A stretch of 64,000 nucleotides of DNA, from the NCBI GenBank assembly GCA_963833985.1, contig CAWIAD010000002.1, forward strand, positions 6,336,001 to 6,400,000. Direction: 5' to 3'. This document shows, piece after piece, positions 32,972-43,400 of the stretch (its first letter is position 1; each line of letters starts with the position of its first letter). Both the position numbers and the translations under genes were made by a program. The stretch comes from an uncultured Planctomycetaceae bacterium (lineage in GTDB: Bacteria > Planctomycetota > Planctomycetia > Isosphaerales > Isosphaeraceae). The notes beneath the pieces are model-generated. The model did not search any database. It saw nothing but the letters and a program-made list of their open reading frames with translations, and was not told the origin of the DNA.

Positions 32972-33556
32972 ATGGCCGAGACGTCCGCCACGCTGCTGGA
33001 GCGGTTGCACGATCGCTCGGATTCCGTCGCCTGGCAACGAATGGTTGACCTCTACACGCCACTGATCAACGCGTGGCTCCGGCGGCAGGGCGTCTCCGGG
33101 ACCGATGCGGAGGACCTCACGCAGGATGTCCTCGGCATCGTCGTCCGCGAGGTTCCCGGGTTCCAGCATAACGGCCGGGTCGGGGCGTTCCGGAACTGGC
33201 TGCGGACGATTGCCATCAATTGCCTTCGCCAGTCCTGGCGGTCCCGGCGTTCGCGCCCGAGGACGGACCCCCTGCCGGACCTTGACTCGGCACTCGATCA
33301 ACTGGAGGATCCGGCCAGCGACCTGGGCCACCGGTGGGATCGCGAGCACGACGAGTTCGTCCTGCATCGCCTGCTGCACCTGATCGAGCCCGATTTCCGC
33401 CCGGCCACCTGGCAAGCGTTCCGGAGGCAGGTTCTCGATGGGGCAGCGCCCGAGCAGGTCGCCGCCGAGCTGGGCCTGAGTGTCAATGCGGTCCTGATTG
33501 CGAGGTCGCGCGTGCTCGGGCGTTTGAGACGCAATGCAGAGGGGCTTGTCGACTGA
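32972..33556 (+). CDS. ECF sigma factor (kinase-associated type)
   Basis: ETSATLLERL, DAEDLTQDV, FRNWLRTI and VAAELGLSVNAVLIARSRVL. Confidence 0.93.
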   Translation: MAETSATLLERLHDRSDSVAWQRMVDLYTPLINAWLRRQGVSGTDAEDLTQDVLGIVVREVPGFQHNGRVGAFRNWLRTIAINCLRQSWRSRRSRPRTDPLPDLDSALDQLEDPASDLGHRWDREHDEFVLHRLLHLIEPDFRPATWQAFRRQVLDGAAPEQVAAELGLSVNAVLIARSRVLGRLRRNAEGLVD

Positions 33557-33691
33557 GTTTCCATTTTTCTGAAAGGATTGCGCCGGTCCGGCATTCTCAC
33601 TCATAGCCGGGGAGTGAGCACGAGCGGCGACAGCCGTTGTGGCCAGAAATGTGGTGCCCGTGCCTCACGCCCGATTCGAGGAGCCCGTGCG

Positions 33692-36600
33692 ATGACGGAC
33701 ATCGAGACCCACCCCACAACCCATCAGCTCTCGGCCTTTGCCCAGGGCCGTCTCGAGGAGCCGGAGATGGACGAGATCGAGGAACACCTCTCCTCTTGCG
33801 ACTCGTGCTGCCGATGGATTCGCGCGCTGCCGGACGATTCGTTGGTTGTGAAGCTCCGTCATCGTGCCTCGGCGACGATCGCGGCGCCGGTGCCCCCGCA
33901 GCAGCAGCCCGCGGTCGACCTGCCGCCAGGCTTCCAGGTGCCTTCGTCATTCATCCTCCCCCCAAATGCTCCGCACGAGCAAGCGACTGTCGCCGACCCG
34001 CCCGTGCATCGGCCTCCCACTCTTGTGCCCCCGAAGGAGCTCAGCGATCACCCGCGCTATCGGATCGTCTCGGTTCTGGGCACCGGAGGCATGGGCACCG
34101 TGTTCCGGGCGGAGCACCGCTTGATGGCCCGGCCCGTCGCCCTCAAGGTCATTCGCAACGAGCTGCTGGGCAACCCCGCGCTCGTCGAGCGGTTCGGCCG
34201 CGAGGTCCGGTCGGCTGCGCGGCTCGGTTCCCACCCGAACATCGTGGCCTCCTACGACGCCGAGCAGGCGGGCGGAACGCACATCCTGGTCATGGAGTTC
34301 ATCGAGGGGATTGACCTGGCCCGGCTGGTCGAGCGCGACGGCCCCTTGCCCGCCAGCGAGGCGTGCGAGCTGATCCGCCAGGCCGCGCTTGGCCTGCAAT
34401 ACGCCTTCGAGGACGGCATGGTCCACCGCGACATCAAGCCCCAGAACCTGATGCGGACGACGCGCGGCCAGCTCAAGATCCTCGACTTCGGCCTCGCCCG
34501 GTTCGCCAGCGAGGCCGGATCCCACGGTGGCGTGACCGCCGACGGGATGATCCTGGGCTCGGCTGACTACATCGCCCCGGAGCAGATTGACGACCCGCAC
34601 ACCGCCGACATCCGGGCCGACATCTACAGCCTTGGCTGTACCCTCTACTTCTTGCTCGCCGGCCAGCCGCCATACCCCGCCGGCGGCCTTATCCAGAAGC
34701 TGACGGCACACCGGGAAAAGTCGGCCCAGCCGCTCGCGGAGATCCGCCCCGATCTGCCGGCGGAGCTGGCCCGAATCGTCGAGCGGATGATGGCCAGGGC
34801 GCCCGAGCAGCGGTACCAGACGCCCGACGAGGTCGCCCGGGCGCTCGTGCCGTTTCTCAACAGCCAGCGCGCGGGAACACACGAGATGCGGCTCGACGCT
34901 CCGGGCGGGGGAGATCAGTCCTCCTCCGCAATCGGCTCGTTTCAGGCCGCGATGGCGACCACCCAGAAACCATCGACAGAGCGTACCAGCGCCGGCTCGC
35001 AGCTACGAGGGCCGCGGGCGCGAAGGACCGCGCTCCTGGCCATGCTGCCCATCGCCGCGGTCTGCCTGGCTCTCATCGTCTATCGCATCAGGACCGATAC
35101 GGGCGAGATCATTGTCGAGACGGACGATCCGAACATCGAGGTCGTTGTCAAGCAGGGAGGGCGGCAGGTCACGATTCTTGATCCGAAGACGAAGGACAGG
35201 ATTGTGCTGAATTCTGGCAATTATGAATTTCAGCTCGCCGGCGATGGCGCAGGGCTCCAGGTCTCGCCCGGTTCCTGCACGCTGAAGCGCGGCGAGAAGG
35301 CTGTCGTCACCGTGCGCCACGAGCCGCTTGGGGCGCCCGTGGCGAACGGACCTTACGGCACCTCTGTACCCGAGTCCACAAGCGACACGGTGCTCCGGCG
35401 CTCGCTCTTTCTCAGTTCGCACGACCTTCCGGACAATGCATTCCTGCTTCCCGACAACCGCCATGTCCTCTATTCGACCGGCGGAGACTATCAGAGCGAT
35501 CGATTACTGCCGGGAACGGATCCTGCGCTCTGGCTCGCCGACCTCACGAGCCTCACCGACCCTCCGCGCAAGTTCACAGGCCATGAGCCAGGTTTTATCT
35601 CCCTCGCGGTCTCGCGCGACGGCCGTGTTGTCGTCTCGGCGAGCGAGGATCAGACGCTGCGAACCTGGAACCTCGAGGACGGACGATCCCGACTCATTCT
35701 CCATGAGAACGAACCTCTCGGCGCGGTTGCCGTCTCTGCCGATGGCCGGCAAGCCGCTTACATGTATGGCAAGGCCGGGAACGAGATCCGCCTCTGCAAC
35801 CTGAGCGGGGCCGTTGCGCCCAGGACCCTTTACCGCAGCCCGCTCAGCATCGCGAGGATTGCCTTCTGCGCGGGAGGCCGCCGCATCGTCGCTGGCATCT
35901 ACGATCACACCATCCGCGTGTGGGACGTGGAGACCGGAAGGGAGCTGCAACGCATGGCCTGCATGAGCAGCGTGCGGGACCTGGCCGTCTTCCCGAACGA
36001 CCGCCGGTTGATCGCCCTGGAAGAACGTCATACGCGCATCCTGGACCTGGAGACGGGCGAGGAGCTGCGCCGGATCCCCGTAACGGGCACCTGCGTCGCG
36101 GTTTCCTGCGACGGCCAACGCGTGCTGCTCGGTCATGACCTGGTCATCGACGTCTGGGATCTGAAGGGGGCCGAGACGATTGCTCGATTCCAGGGGCACA
36201 CGCAGATGGTCCAGCGCGTCGGGTTCTCACCGGACGGCCAGCGCGCCGTGTCAACTTCCCTGGACCGCTCGGTCCGGATCTGGCAGATGCCGCCGCCTCC
36301 GCTTCAACCGGTCGCCGCAGTTCTGCCGCTGGCCCATGCCAAACTGGATGAGCTGGAACCGGCCGAGCCGACCTCGTCGCGGACGCAGGCCATCCTCGAT
36401 GCGCTCGACCAGATCGTCCCCTTGAACTTCGAGGACGCGACGCTTTCCAGCGTCCTCAACTACATCAAGGTGGCCACCTTCAACGGGAAGAAACCGACCG
36501 ACCCGGGCCTGCCGATCTACGTCGACCCGCGCGTCGAACGAGCGCTGGCCTCGAAGGTCCGGATCGAGATCAACGGCGCCCGGTTGCGGCTGGGGCTCGA

Positions 36601-37042
36601 ACTTCTCCTCAAACAGGTGAATCTGGACTTCATCGTGAAGGACGATGTGTTGATCATCAGCTCGCCGCAGGGCATCGAGCAGGAGCGGAACGAGAGGGCG
36701 CATCCGGCCGCGGACGCATCGCCACGGACGAAGCAGGTACTGGCCCGGCTCGAGCAGCCGCTGCCGATGTCCTTCCCCGGGCTGGCGCCGCTGGATGAAC
36801 TGCTCAACTACGTCAGGCAGGCGATGACCACGCCACGCGACAGGGATGGGATTCCCTTCGTGACCGACCCGGCCGGCCTGAAGAAAGCGGGTTGCTCGCT
36901 GACCTCGACCGTGAGCATTGACCTTGACGGCGTGCCGCTGAAGACGAGCCTGAGGCTGGTACTCAAGCAGCTTCGCCTGGCGTACGTGGTCAGGGACGGG
37001 TGTGTGGTCATCAGCTCCGCCGAGGAACTTCGCAAGCACTGA
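33692..37042 (+). CDS. Ser/Thr kinase: zinc-binding anti-sigma-like N-terminus, kinase, TM, WD40 propeller, two STN-like C-terminal repeats
   Basis: GAGGAG RBS. EHLSSCDSC (HxxxCxxC). LGTGGMGTV, HRDIKPQN and DFGLAR. WD motifs. Repeated 'PL.F....L..VL..I.. / L...L..LL..L.L.Y.V.D..L.ISS' units. Confidence 0.9.
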   Translation: MTDIETHPTTHQLSAFAQGRLEEPEMDEIEEHLSSCDSCCRWIRALPDDSLVVKLRHRASATIAAPVPPQQQPAVDLPPGFQVPSSFILPPNAPHEQATVADPPVHRPPTLVPPKELSDHPRYRIVSVLGTGGMGTVFRAEHRLMARPVALKVIRNELLGNPALVERFGREVRSAARLGSHPNIVASYDAEQAGGTHILVMEFIEGIDLARLVERDGPLPASEACELIRQAALGLQYAFEDGMVHRDIKPQNLMRTTRGQLKILDFGLARFASEAGSHGGVTADGMILGSADYIAPEQIDDPHTADIRADIYSLGCTLYFLLAGQPPYPAGGLIQKLTAHREKSAQPLAEIRPDLPAELARIVERMMARAPEQRYQTPDEVARALVPFLNSQRAGTHEMRLDAPGGGDQSSSAIGSFQAAMATTQKPSTERTSAGSQLRGPRARRTALLAMLPIAAVCLALIVYRIRTDTGEIIVETDDPNIEVVVKQGGRQVTILDPKTKDRIVLNSGNYEFQLAGDGAGLQVSPGSCTLKRGEKAVVTVRHEPLGAPVANGPYGTSVPESTSDTVLRRSLFLSSHDLPDNAFLLPDNRHVLYSTGGDYQSDRLLPGTDPALWLADLTSLTDPPRKFTGHEPGFISLAVSRDGRVVVSASEDQTLRTWNLEDGRSRLILHENEPLGAVAVSADGRQAAYMYGKAGNEIRLCNLSGAVAPRTLYRSPLSIARIAFCAGGRRIVAGIYDHTIRVWDVETGRELQRMACMSSVRDLAVFPNDRRLIALEERHTRILDLETGEELRRIPVTGTCVAVSCDGQRVLLGHDLVIDVWDLKGAETIARFQGHTQMVQRVGFSPDGQRAVSTSLDRSVRIWQMPPPPLQPVAAVLPLAHAKLDELEPAEPTSSRTQAILDALDQIVPLNFEDATLSSVLNYIKVATFNGKKPTDPGLPIYVDPRVERALASKVRIEINGARLRLGLELLLKQVNLDFIVKDDVLIISSPQGIEQERNERAHPAADASPRTKQVLARLEQPLPMSFPGLAPLDELLNYVRQAMTTPRDRDGIPFVTDPAGLKKAGCSLTSTVSIDLDGVPLKTSLRLVLKQLRLAYVVRDGCVVISSAEELRKH

Positions 37043-37059
37043 TCGGCCATGGCGGGTCG

Positions 37060-37440
37060 TCAGGTGGGTTTCTCCCCGCTTCCCGCTGGAGCGATGACGA
37101 TCATGCGGATGGACTTCGCGCGGACGAGGAAGCGCCTGGCTTCCGGATCCTCCAGGATCACCATGCCGTTCAGGTCGTACGGAAGATGCGTCTTGGGGCC
37201 TTCGGAGTTCGTGAAGCCGATGAACCGAACGCGCTCGAATGTGTTGCCGTCCTGCATGTGCACCGTGGCCCAGGTGTCCTTCTTGAGGACGCCCCGGACC
37301 GCGAGTGATTCCGGCTTCGCCCCGCGCTGTGCAATCCAGCTCAGCAGACTGAAGAAGAGCGCGAGGGCCATGATTCCCAGCACGATGCAGAGGATCCCGA
37401 TGCCGAACGTGCTGAGGGTGTCGATGGCGGTCGGGTGCAT
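37060..37440 (-). CDS. Hypothetical membrane protein
   Basis: N-terminal TM helix. Located 24 bp downstream of the MFS gene with a GGAG RBS. Confidence 0.7.
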   Translation of the reverse strand: MHPTAIDTLSTFGIGILCIVLGIMALALFFSLLSWIAQRGAKPESLAVRGVLKKDTWATVHMQDGNTFERVRFIGFTNSEGPKTHLPYDLNGMVILEDPEARRFLVRAKSIRMIVIAPAGSGEKPT

Positions 37441-37463
37441 GAGGCTCGCTCCGGTTGCTCAGC

Positions 37464-38870
37464 TCAGTGCACGAAACCGCCGCCTTCGCCGTGGTGGCCG
37501 CCGTCGTTTGCCGCGATACGATCCATGTCGGCAGGGAGATGACGCGAGCCGAGGAGGAAGAAGAAACAGCCCAGGGCCAGGACCGGCACGACGCAGAGCA
37601 TGGCCACCGTCAGATTCGTCTCGCCGACGGGATGCGCGCCGATCGAGGCGAACAAACGGCCCAGCGGCGATTCCGCAACACCCGGCTTGCCGAACAGGTT
37701 CGAGATCGCACCCAGCAGGATGGGCGAGCTGATGTCTCCCAGGATGTGAATCAGGAAGATATAAAGCGCATAGCCCGCGGCGCGCTGGTTGGAGGGGACG
37801 ACGTTGGCGATCACGGTGTTGCAGGGGCCAAGCACCATGGCCAGCATGACCATCGCGCCGAAGAGCAAGGTCAGCGATGAGACGCGCTCCGGGTCGAGGA
37901 TGCCGAACAGCCCCAGGGGGATTGCCGCCGTCACGACCACGACGGCCAGCAGCAAATAGGCGCGCCGGGTGAACTTGACGAAGAAATCGGCCAGGAACGT
38001 CCCCAGGGCGATCCCCACAAGACCGGCAACGGCGGTCAGGCCGCCGATCCAGGCGCCGGCCTCCTTCATCGACATGCCACGAACCGTCTGATAGAACGTC
38101 GAACCCCAGGCGGCGTAAGCACCGGTGGCGAAGGTCACGGCGGCCATGCCCGCGGTATTGAAGACGAACGTGGGTGTGCGGAAAAGGGCGAGGTAATCTC
38201 TCATCCTGGGGCGGTCCGACTTGCCGGAGTGCGTGATACCCTCGGAGGCGCCTCGGCCCGGGTCCTGGATCAAGAGCCCGGCCGCGGCGATGAGCAAGCC
38301 GGGGAAACCGACGACCAGGAACGCCCGGGGCCACCCCCATTCCTCGCCCACGAACCCGCCCAGCGTGTAACCAATCGCTCCTCCCAGGGGCAGCGCCAGG
38401 TAGTACGCCCCCATGGCCCGGCCGCGCCGGCTGGGCAGGAACAGGTCCGCGATCAGAGCGGGGGCGATGACACCGTAACTGGCCTCGCCGACACCCAGCA
38501 GCGCACGCCAGAAAAACATGTGGTAAAAATCCGCGGAAAACGCGGTCCCGACGGTCGCCAGGCTCCAGAGGGCCACGCCGCCGGCCAGCAAGATCCGGCG
38601 GTTGTACCGATCTCCGAGCCAGCCCATGAGCGGAGAGACGAGCGTGTAGACGATCATGAACGAGGCGCTGAGCACGCCGTACCAGAAATCGTCGACGTGC
38701 AGGTCGCGCTGAATCTGCGTGCCCACCGCGAAGAACGAGTAGCGGTCGATGTAGTTCAGCAGGTTCATGCCGAACAGCACCGCCAGCGCGAAATAAGGTC
38801 CGCCAATGGTCGGGATGATGCTGGCTCGGGGAGAAGACGAGACCGAGGAATCAGGACGGGGGATCGGCAT
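37464..38870 (-). CDS. MFS transporter, spinster-like
   Basis: NLLNYIDRY, GWLGDRYNRR, RALLGVGEASY..APALIADLF and IHILGDISSP. About 12 TM segments. Confidence 0.92.
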   Translation of the reverse strand: MPIPRPDSSVSSSPRASIIPTIGGPYFALAVLFGMNLLNYIDRYSFFAVGTQIQRDLHVDDFWYGVLSASFMIVYTLVSPLMGWLGDRYNRRILLAGGVALWSLATVGTAFSADFYHMFFWRALLGVGEASYGVIAPALIADLFLPSRRGRAMGAYYLALPLGGAIGYTLGGFVGEEWGWPRAFLVVGFPGLLIAAAGLLIQDPGRGASEGITHSGKSDRPRMRDYLALFRTPTFVFNTAGMAAVTFATGAYAAWGSTFYQTVRGMSMKEAGAWIGGLTAVAGLVGIALGTFLADFFVKFTRRAYLLLAVVVVTAAIPLGLFGILDPERVSSLTLLFGAMVMLAMVLGPCNTVIANVVPSNQRAAGYALYIFLIHILGDISSPILLGAISNLFGKPGVAESPLGRLFASIGAHPVGETNLTVAMLCVVPVLALGCFFFLLGSRHLPADMDRIAANDGGHHGEGGGFVH

Positions 38871-39149
38871 CGTGAAGCAGCCTCAGCAGGGAACGTGCGC
38901 ACGAACCAAACCGACCATCCTACCTATTCGGTGCCGGGGTGGCGAGATCCCTTGCCAGGGTCGTGCCCGAGTCATCGGGGACGCCGCAACCGCTCGACCC
39001 GGGCCAATCCGGTCGCCTGGCCTGGATTTCTGCCCGCGCTGCCCATCGCCATTGATGACGAAACGAAGGCCGATGCCTTCGGGAATACGCTGAGCCTTGC
39101 CCGCGATCACGATTGGCCGGCAGAGGATCGAAGAAAGGCCCACCCATGG

Positions 39150-39324
39150 TCCGGCGCGGTGACGATGCGGCAGAGCGAGCGGGAGCCTGGCGGCCGGTGC
39201 GAAGTGGATAGCCCGCGGGGCGCCTTTGCATACGCTGATCGTACACGGTCATCACGGCGTGACCGAGGTCGCGAAGCAGATCGGCCGCGGCCGGCGGCAG
39301 ATTCTCGTCGAGCTTGAACTGCAT
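39150..39324 (-). pseudogene. DUF5615 (PIN-like) toxin, degraded
   Basis: MQFKLDENLP..LRDLGHAVMTVYDQ, after which similarity is lost. The start overlaps the DUF433 stop. The 3' end is approximate. Confidence 0.72.
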
Positions 39325-39557
39325 CAGGAGACCTCTTGCTCAAGGGGCAAGAAGCGGTCTTCCGCCATGTCCGCCGCCAACAGCATGGCCGCCTGGATGT
39401 CTTCGGGTTCGAGATGGTAGTTCGCCATCACAACCCCCGGGGAATCACCTTCGGCAAGGCTGGCAAGGATCACGCTGACCATGACCTGCCGTCCCTTGAT
39501 GCACGCTTTTCCGTGGCACAAGTCCGCCCTTCTGCTGATCCGGTCTTGCCATTTCAT
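39324..39557 (-). CDS. DUF433 family antitoxin
   Basis: WQDRIS..LCHGKACIKG..VSVILASLAEG..YHLEPEDIQAA. Confidence 0.88.
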   Translation of the reverse strand: MKWQDRISRRADLCHGKACIKGRQVMVSVILASLAEGDSPGVVMANYHLEPEDIQAAMLLAADMAEDRFLPLEQEVS

Positions 39558-39579
39558 GGCCGGACTCCTCACCCAGGGT

Positions 39580-39828
39580 TCATTCAGAGAAAGCGTCTTT
39601 TTGTACGATAGTGCCCTGCTCGTGCCGAACGAAGGACGGGTCGGTAATGCGACCTGCCGTCTCCAAGACGAATGGTCGCCACTCTCTCCGGGTCATCAAG
39701 GATGATGCCCGTCGCACCGGGTCGATCGTGACTTGCACCTCTCGATCCGCGACTTCCTTGCCCATCGGAATGTCGATGTGCAAGATACCGTCGGAGCCTA
39801 CACGTGATTGAACCACAAGGCGATGCAT
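39580..39828 (-). CDS. Small antitoxin-like hypothetical protein
   Basis: MHRLVVQSRVGSDGILHIDIP..EVQVTI..W..FVLETAG.ITDPSF resembles small proteins usually found upstream of PIN toxins. Confidence 0.55.
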   Translation of the reverse strand: MHRLVVQSRVGSDGILHIDIPMGKEVADREVQVTIDPVRRASSLMTRREWRPFVLETAGRITDPSFVRHEQGTIVQKDAFSE

Positions 39829-40496
39829 CCTCCGCCTCCCCGGTCCATGACCACCGCGCAGTCCCATCCGATCACTTCACTCCCTTCACGCCATTGCACG
39901 GTCCGTGCATGAATTCTTCCCCCGGACTCACTTCTCCGGGGTTTTCTCACGCGTCGCGCCAGTTTTTCCACATTCGTCAGATGGATGTCGTTGACGCGAT
40001 CGCCGACGAACTGCCTGGAGTCTGTCCCACAATATGAACACTTTGAGAGTTATTTGTATAGTAATGGCATGAGAATACACCGCCGTGATCCCCGGTCGTG
40101 TTGATCGTCCCCTTCTGAGTCTTGAACCGGTGCAGTGAACCACGGAGCGTGTCGAGAATCTGTCGCTGGATATTGGCGCGCTGCCGCTTCGGAGCCGAGC
40201 CGATTGAGCCTCCTCACTGAGCATCACCTCAATAGTGGACATCGGGGTGACTCCTCTGCGTCGTTGTACTGGATGAAACCACGACGTCGCCACCTGGGCC
40301 TGGTGCCTTGAGTACCACCTCGACGAACGCAGAGCCGGTAATCGTTTTCGGCTTCGATCCGTTGCTCGTCGCTGAGGTGAGCCTCCGGCGGGCCTCTGAG
40401 CGGTGGCGACCATCGGGGCGTTCACCCGCGGCACGTCCCTTCGAGGTCGAGGGAGAGGACGAGGCACGCGCTGGCTCGCGGATCCTGGGGACGGGC

Positions 40497-43400
40497 TTAG
40501 CGGAAGGCGCCGGTGGATACGGATGTGCCGGTGAAGACGTCCCAGCCCTGGCGGAAGGTGCGCTCCAGCAACAGTAACCAGCGGGTCTTGTGGTCGGGAC
40601 GCTCTTGCAGGCACTGCGCGTAGGTGACCATGATGCCGATCTGGAGCCGCAGGTCTCCGTGGGCCCAGGCCGCGGCCTGTTCCAGGTCGGCCAGGGCCCG
40701 ATCCCAGATCAGCAAATTCACATAACAACGCGCCCGGCTCAGGTAAGCCTGGGGCAGCTCGGGGTCGCGGCGCAGGGCCATCGAGCACTCGTGCACGGCT
40801 TCCTCGTAGCGCTGAAGCGCCACCAGAGCGGCCGCCTTGTTCAGGTAGGCGAAAGCGCTGGGCGAGAGCGCGATCGATTGCTCGAGCCAGCTAATGGCCT
40901 CGCGCGGCCGCCCGGCTTCGGTCAGGATGGTCGCGCGGAGATCGAGCAGGCCCGGATGGTCGGGCTTGAGGTTCAGCCCGATGTCGATCTCGCTCATTGC
41001 CCGGGCCGCCTGGCTGGCGCGGTGGAGGATGCGGGCGCGCACGAGGTGCACATCGGGCGAGAGCGGCGCGATGGCGACGGCGCGCTCGGTTTCGGCCACG
41101 GCGGTGCGATGCTCGCCCAGCACCGAGAGGATCACCGCGCGGTTGAGCAACGCGCGGTATGCGACGCTTCGGTTGCCCGCGGCGCGGACGGCCAGCTCGC
41201 CGGCCGCGGACCGCAGGTCGGCCGTCAGTCCCGCACCGGCGGCCGGCAGGAGGAGGATCTCCTCGGGCCGGTCGAGCTGTAGCTCTTCCAGGCGGCCCGC
41301 GGCCAGCAGGGTCCGCTGCAAGAGCCGCTCGTGAGCCGGGCCGGGCCGGGTCTGCTGCGCCAGCCGGGCGTCGTCGACGGCCTCGCCGCGCAGGTTCAGA
41401 AGCAGGTGAGCGATCGCGCGCGTGGCCAGAACGTCATCGCGGTCTTCCAGCTTGACTCCCGGTTTCAGCAGGAGATCCAGGTCTTGCAGGGCGGCTCTCG
41501 GCTGACCCAGCCGCAAGCTCAGGTTGGCCCGGCTCATCCGGGCCGCCGCATCGTCCGGGCGCGTTTTGAGGATCGTCTCGTAGGTGGCCCGCGCCCGCTG
41601 TTCCCTGCCGGATTCCGCGTCGATATTAGCCAGGTTCAATCGCGCCGCACGCGCGAAGTCGCAATTCGGATCGGCGTCGATGATGGCCCTGTACTCGTTC
41701 GCGGCCTGCGTGAAATTGCCCAGCGACCAGTGCAGGTAGCCGATCTCCAGGCCGACCTGAAGCGATTCGGGCCGCTTCCCCATGAGCGCGCGGGCCTTCA
41801 TCAGGTCGTCCAGGGCCCACGACCACCGCCCCTTGGCGCGATAGAGCCGGGCACGGTTGAAGCGGACCCAGGGGGATTCGGGCTGGCAGGCCACCGCGGC
41901 GCTGTAGTGGTCCAGCGCGTCGTCGGCGAGGCCTTCACGGTCGAGCAGGTAGGCCAGGTAGAACTGGTACCAGTAATTCTCCCACTTGAGCCACACTGCT
42001 CCCTGCATCCACTCGATCGCGCGTTTGGTCTGTCCCTGGCTCGAGCAGAGCAGGCCCCACTCGAAACAGGCCGGGGCCGACTTGACTCCCCCGACGTGGC
42101 GCGGCTCGCCCTCCAGGATTGCCTGGGGCCGCGGCTGATTCAGGGCATCGACAGAACCCCGGGGCATGCCCCGGCTCCGCCTGCGGTGCTCTTCCAGGAG
42201 GGCCCGGAGCGCCTGCCAGGGCTCCTTCGGGTCGGCGAAACCGAGGATCTTGTCGCAGGTCCGCACCGCATCATCGAGCCGCATCGGGCTGGCCGGCGCG
42301 CCGCCCTGGCCCAGCCTGGCGCTGGCGGTCCGCGCCGAGATTTCCACCTGGACCATCCAGAGGAACAGCAGGTCGTTGACCTCGCGGAAGACGTTCGTCT
42401 TGCGTTCTTCGTCCAGCAGCGCCCAGCCGTACTGGAGGCTGGTCCAGTTTTCCCGGGCGGTGAGCACGCGAAATGGTGCCAGTAAGGCTTGAAGCTCGGC
42501 GATCGCTCCGGGCATGTCGTCGCCCAGGCCGATGAGGCGGAAGCGGAGGTTGTGGGATTGCTTCAGCAAGGCATCGGCATGTTCCTGGGCCGTGAGGACC
42601 TCTTCCGCCATGAATTGCTTGGTGCGGATGGCCTGTTTCAGTTCCTCCAGGTCCGGGTCCACCCAGATCTTCTCGAGTTTCCGCCGCAGCTTCCCTCCGA
42701 AGCCCCAGAAGGTCTCCCATTTCAGCAGGTTGTGGAAGGTTCCAAGCTCGGAGTGCTCGGCGCGATGTGAGGCATTCTGGAGCAGGAACTGGGCCTTCTT
42801 GAACTCATCCTGATCGATCGCATGGCTGGCCGAGAGCAAGAGCTCGCGAACTTCCTGGAACCGGTCGTAGCGCTCGATCGCGAAGTTCACATAGGCGCCC
42901 AGGATCGCCAGACCGGCCAGCAAGAGGACCGCCAGGCCGGCCAGCCGGCGGCGATTGCGGCGGACGCGCCGGCTCATACGGCTGACGATCGGTTCCCGCG
43001 CGTGGCGCAGCGACAGGTCGTCGGCGATGGCGTGCAGATCGGCCGCCAGCTCGCCGGCGCGCTGGTAGCGGTCATCCGGATCTGGCTCCAGGCAGCGCTT
43101 GATGACGGCGCGGAGAGGCGGGGGGACGTCGCTCTCGCCGTGAAACAGGTACCCCGGGTCGTGGCGGCGGTCATCCGCGGCGTGCAGCAGGGCCTCGATC
43201 ATGGACTGGGTCTTGCGGGGGGGCACGAACGGCTTCTTGCCCGCGACGGCCTCGTACAGGAGCACGCCCAGGCCATAGATGTCCGAGCGGCGATCGACCC
43301 GGTCAGAGATTCCCTCGGCCAGCGATTCCAGGTGCTCCGGCGCCATGTAATCGACGGTGCCGCCGAGCGTGGCGTCCACCGCGCGGCCTTCCTCACCCAC

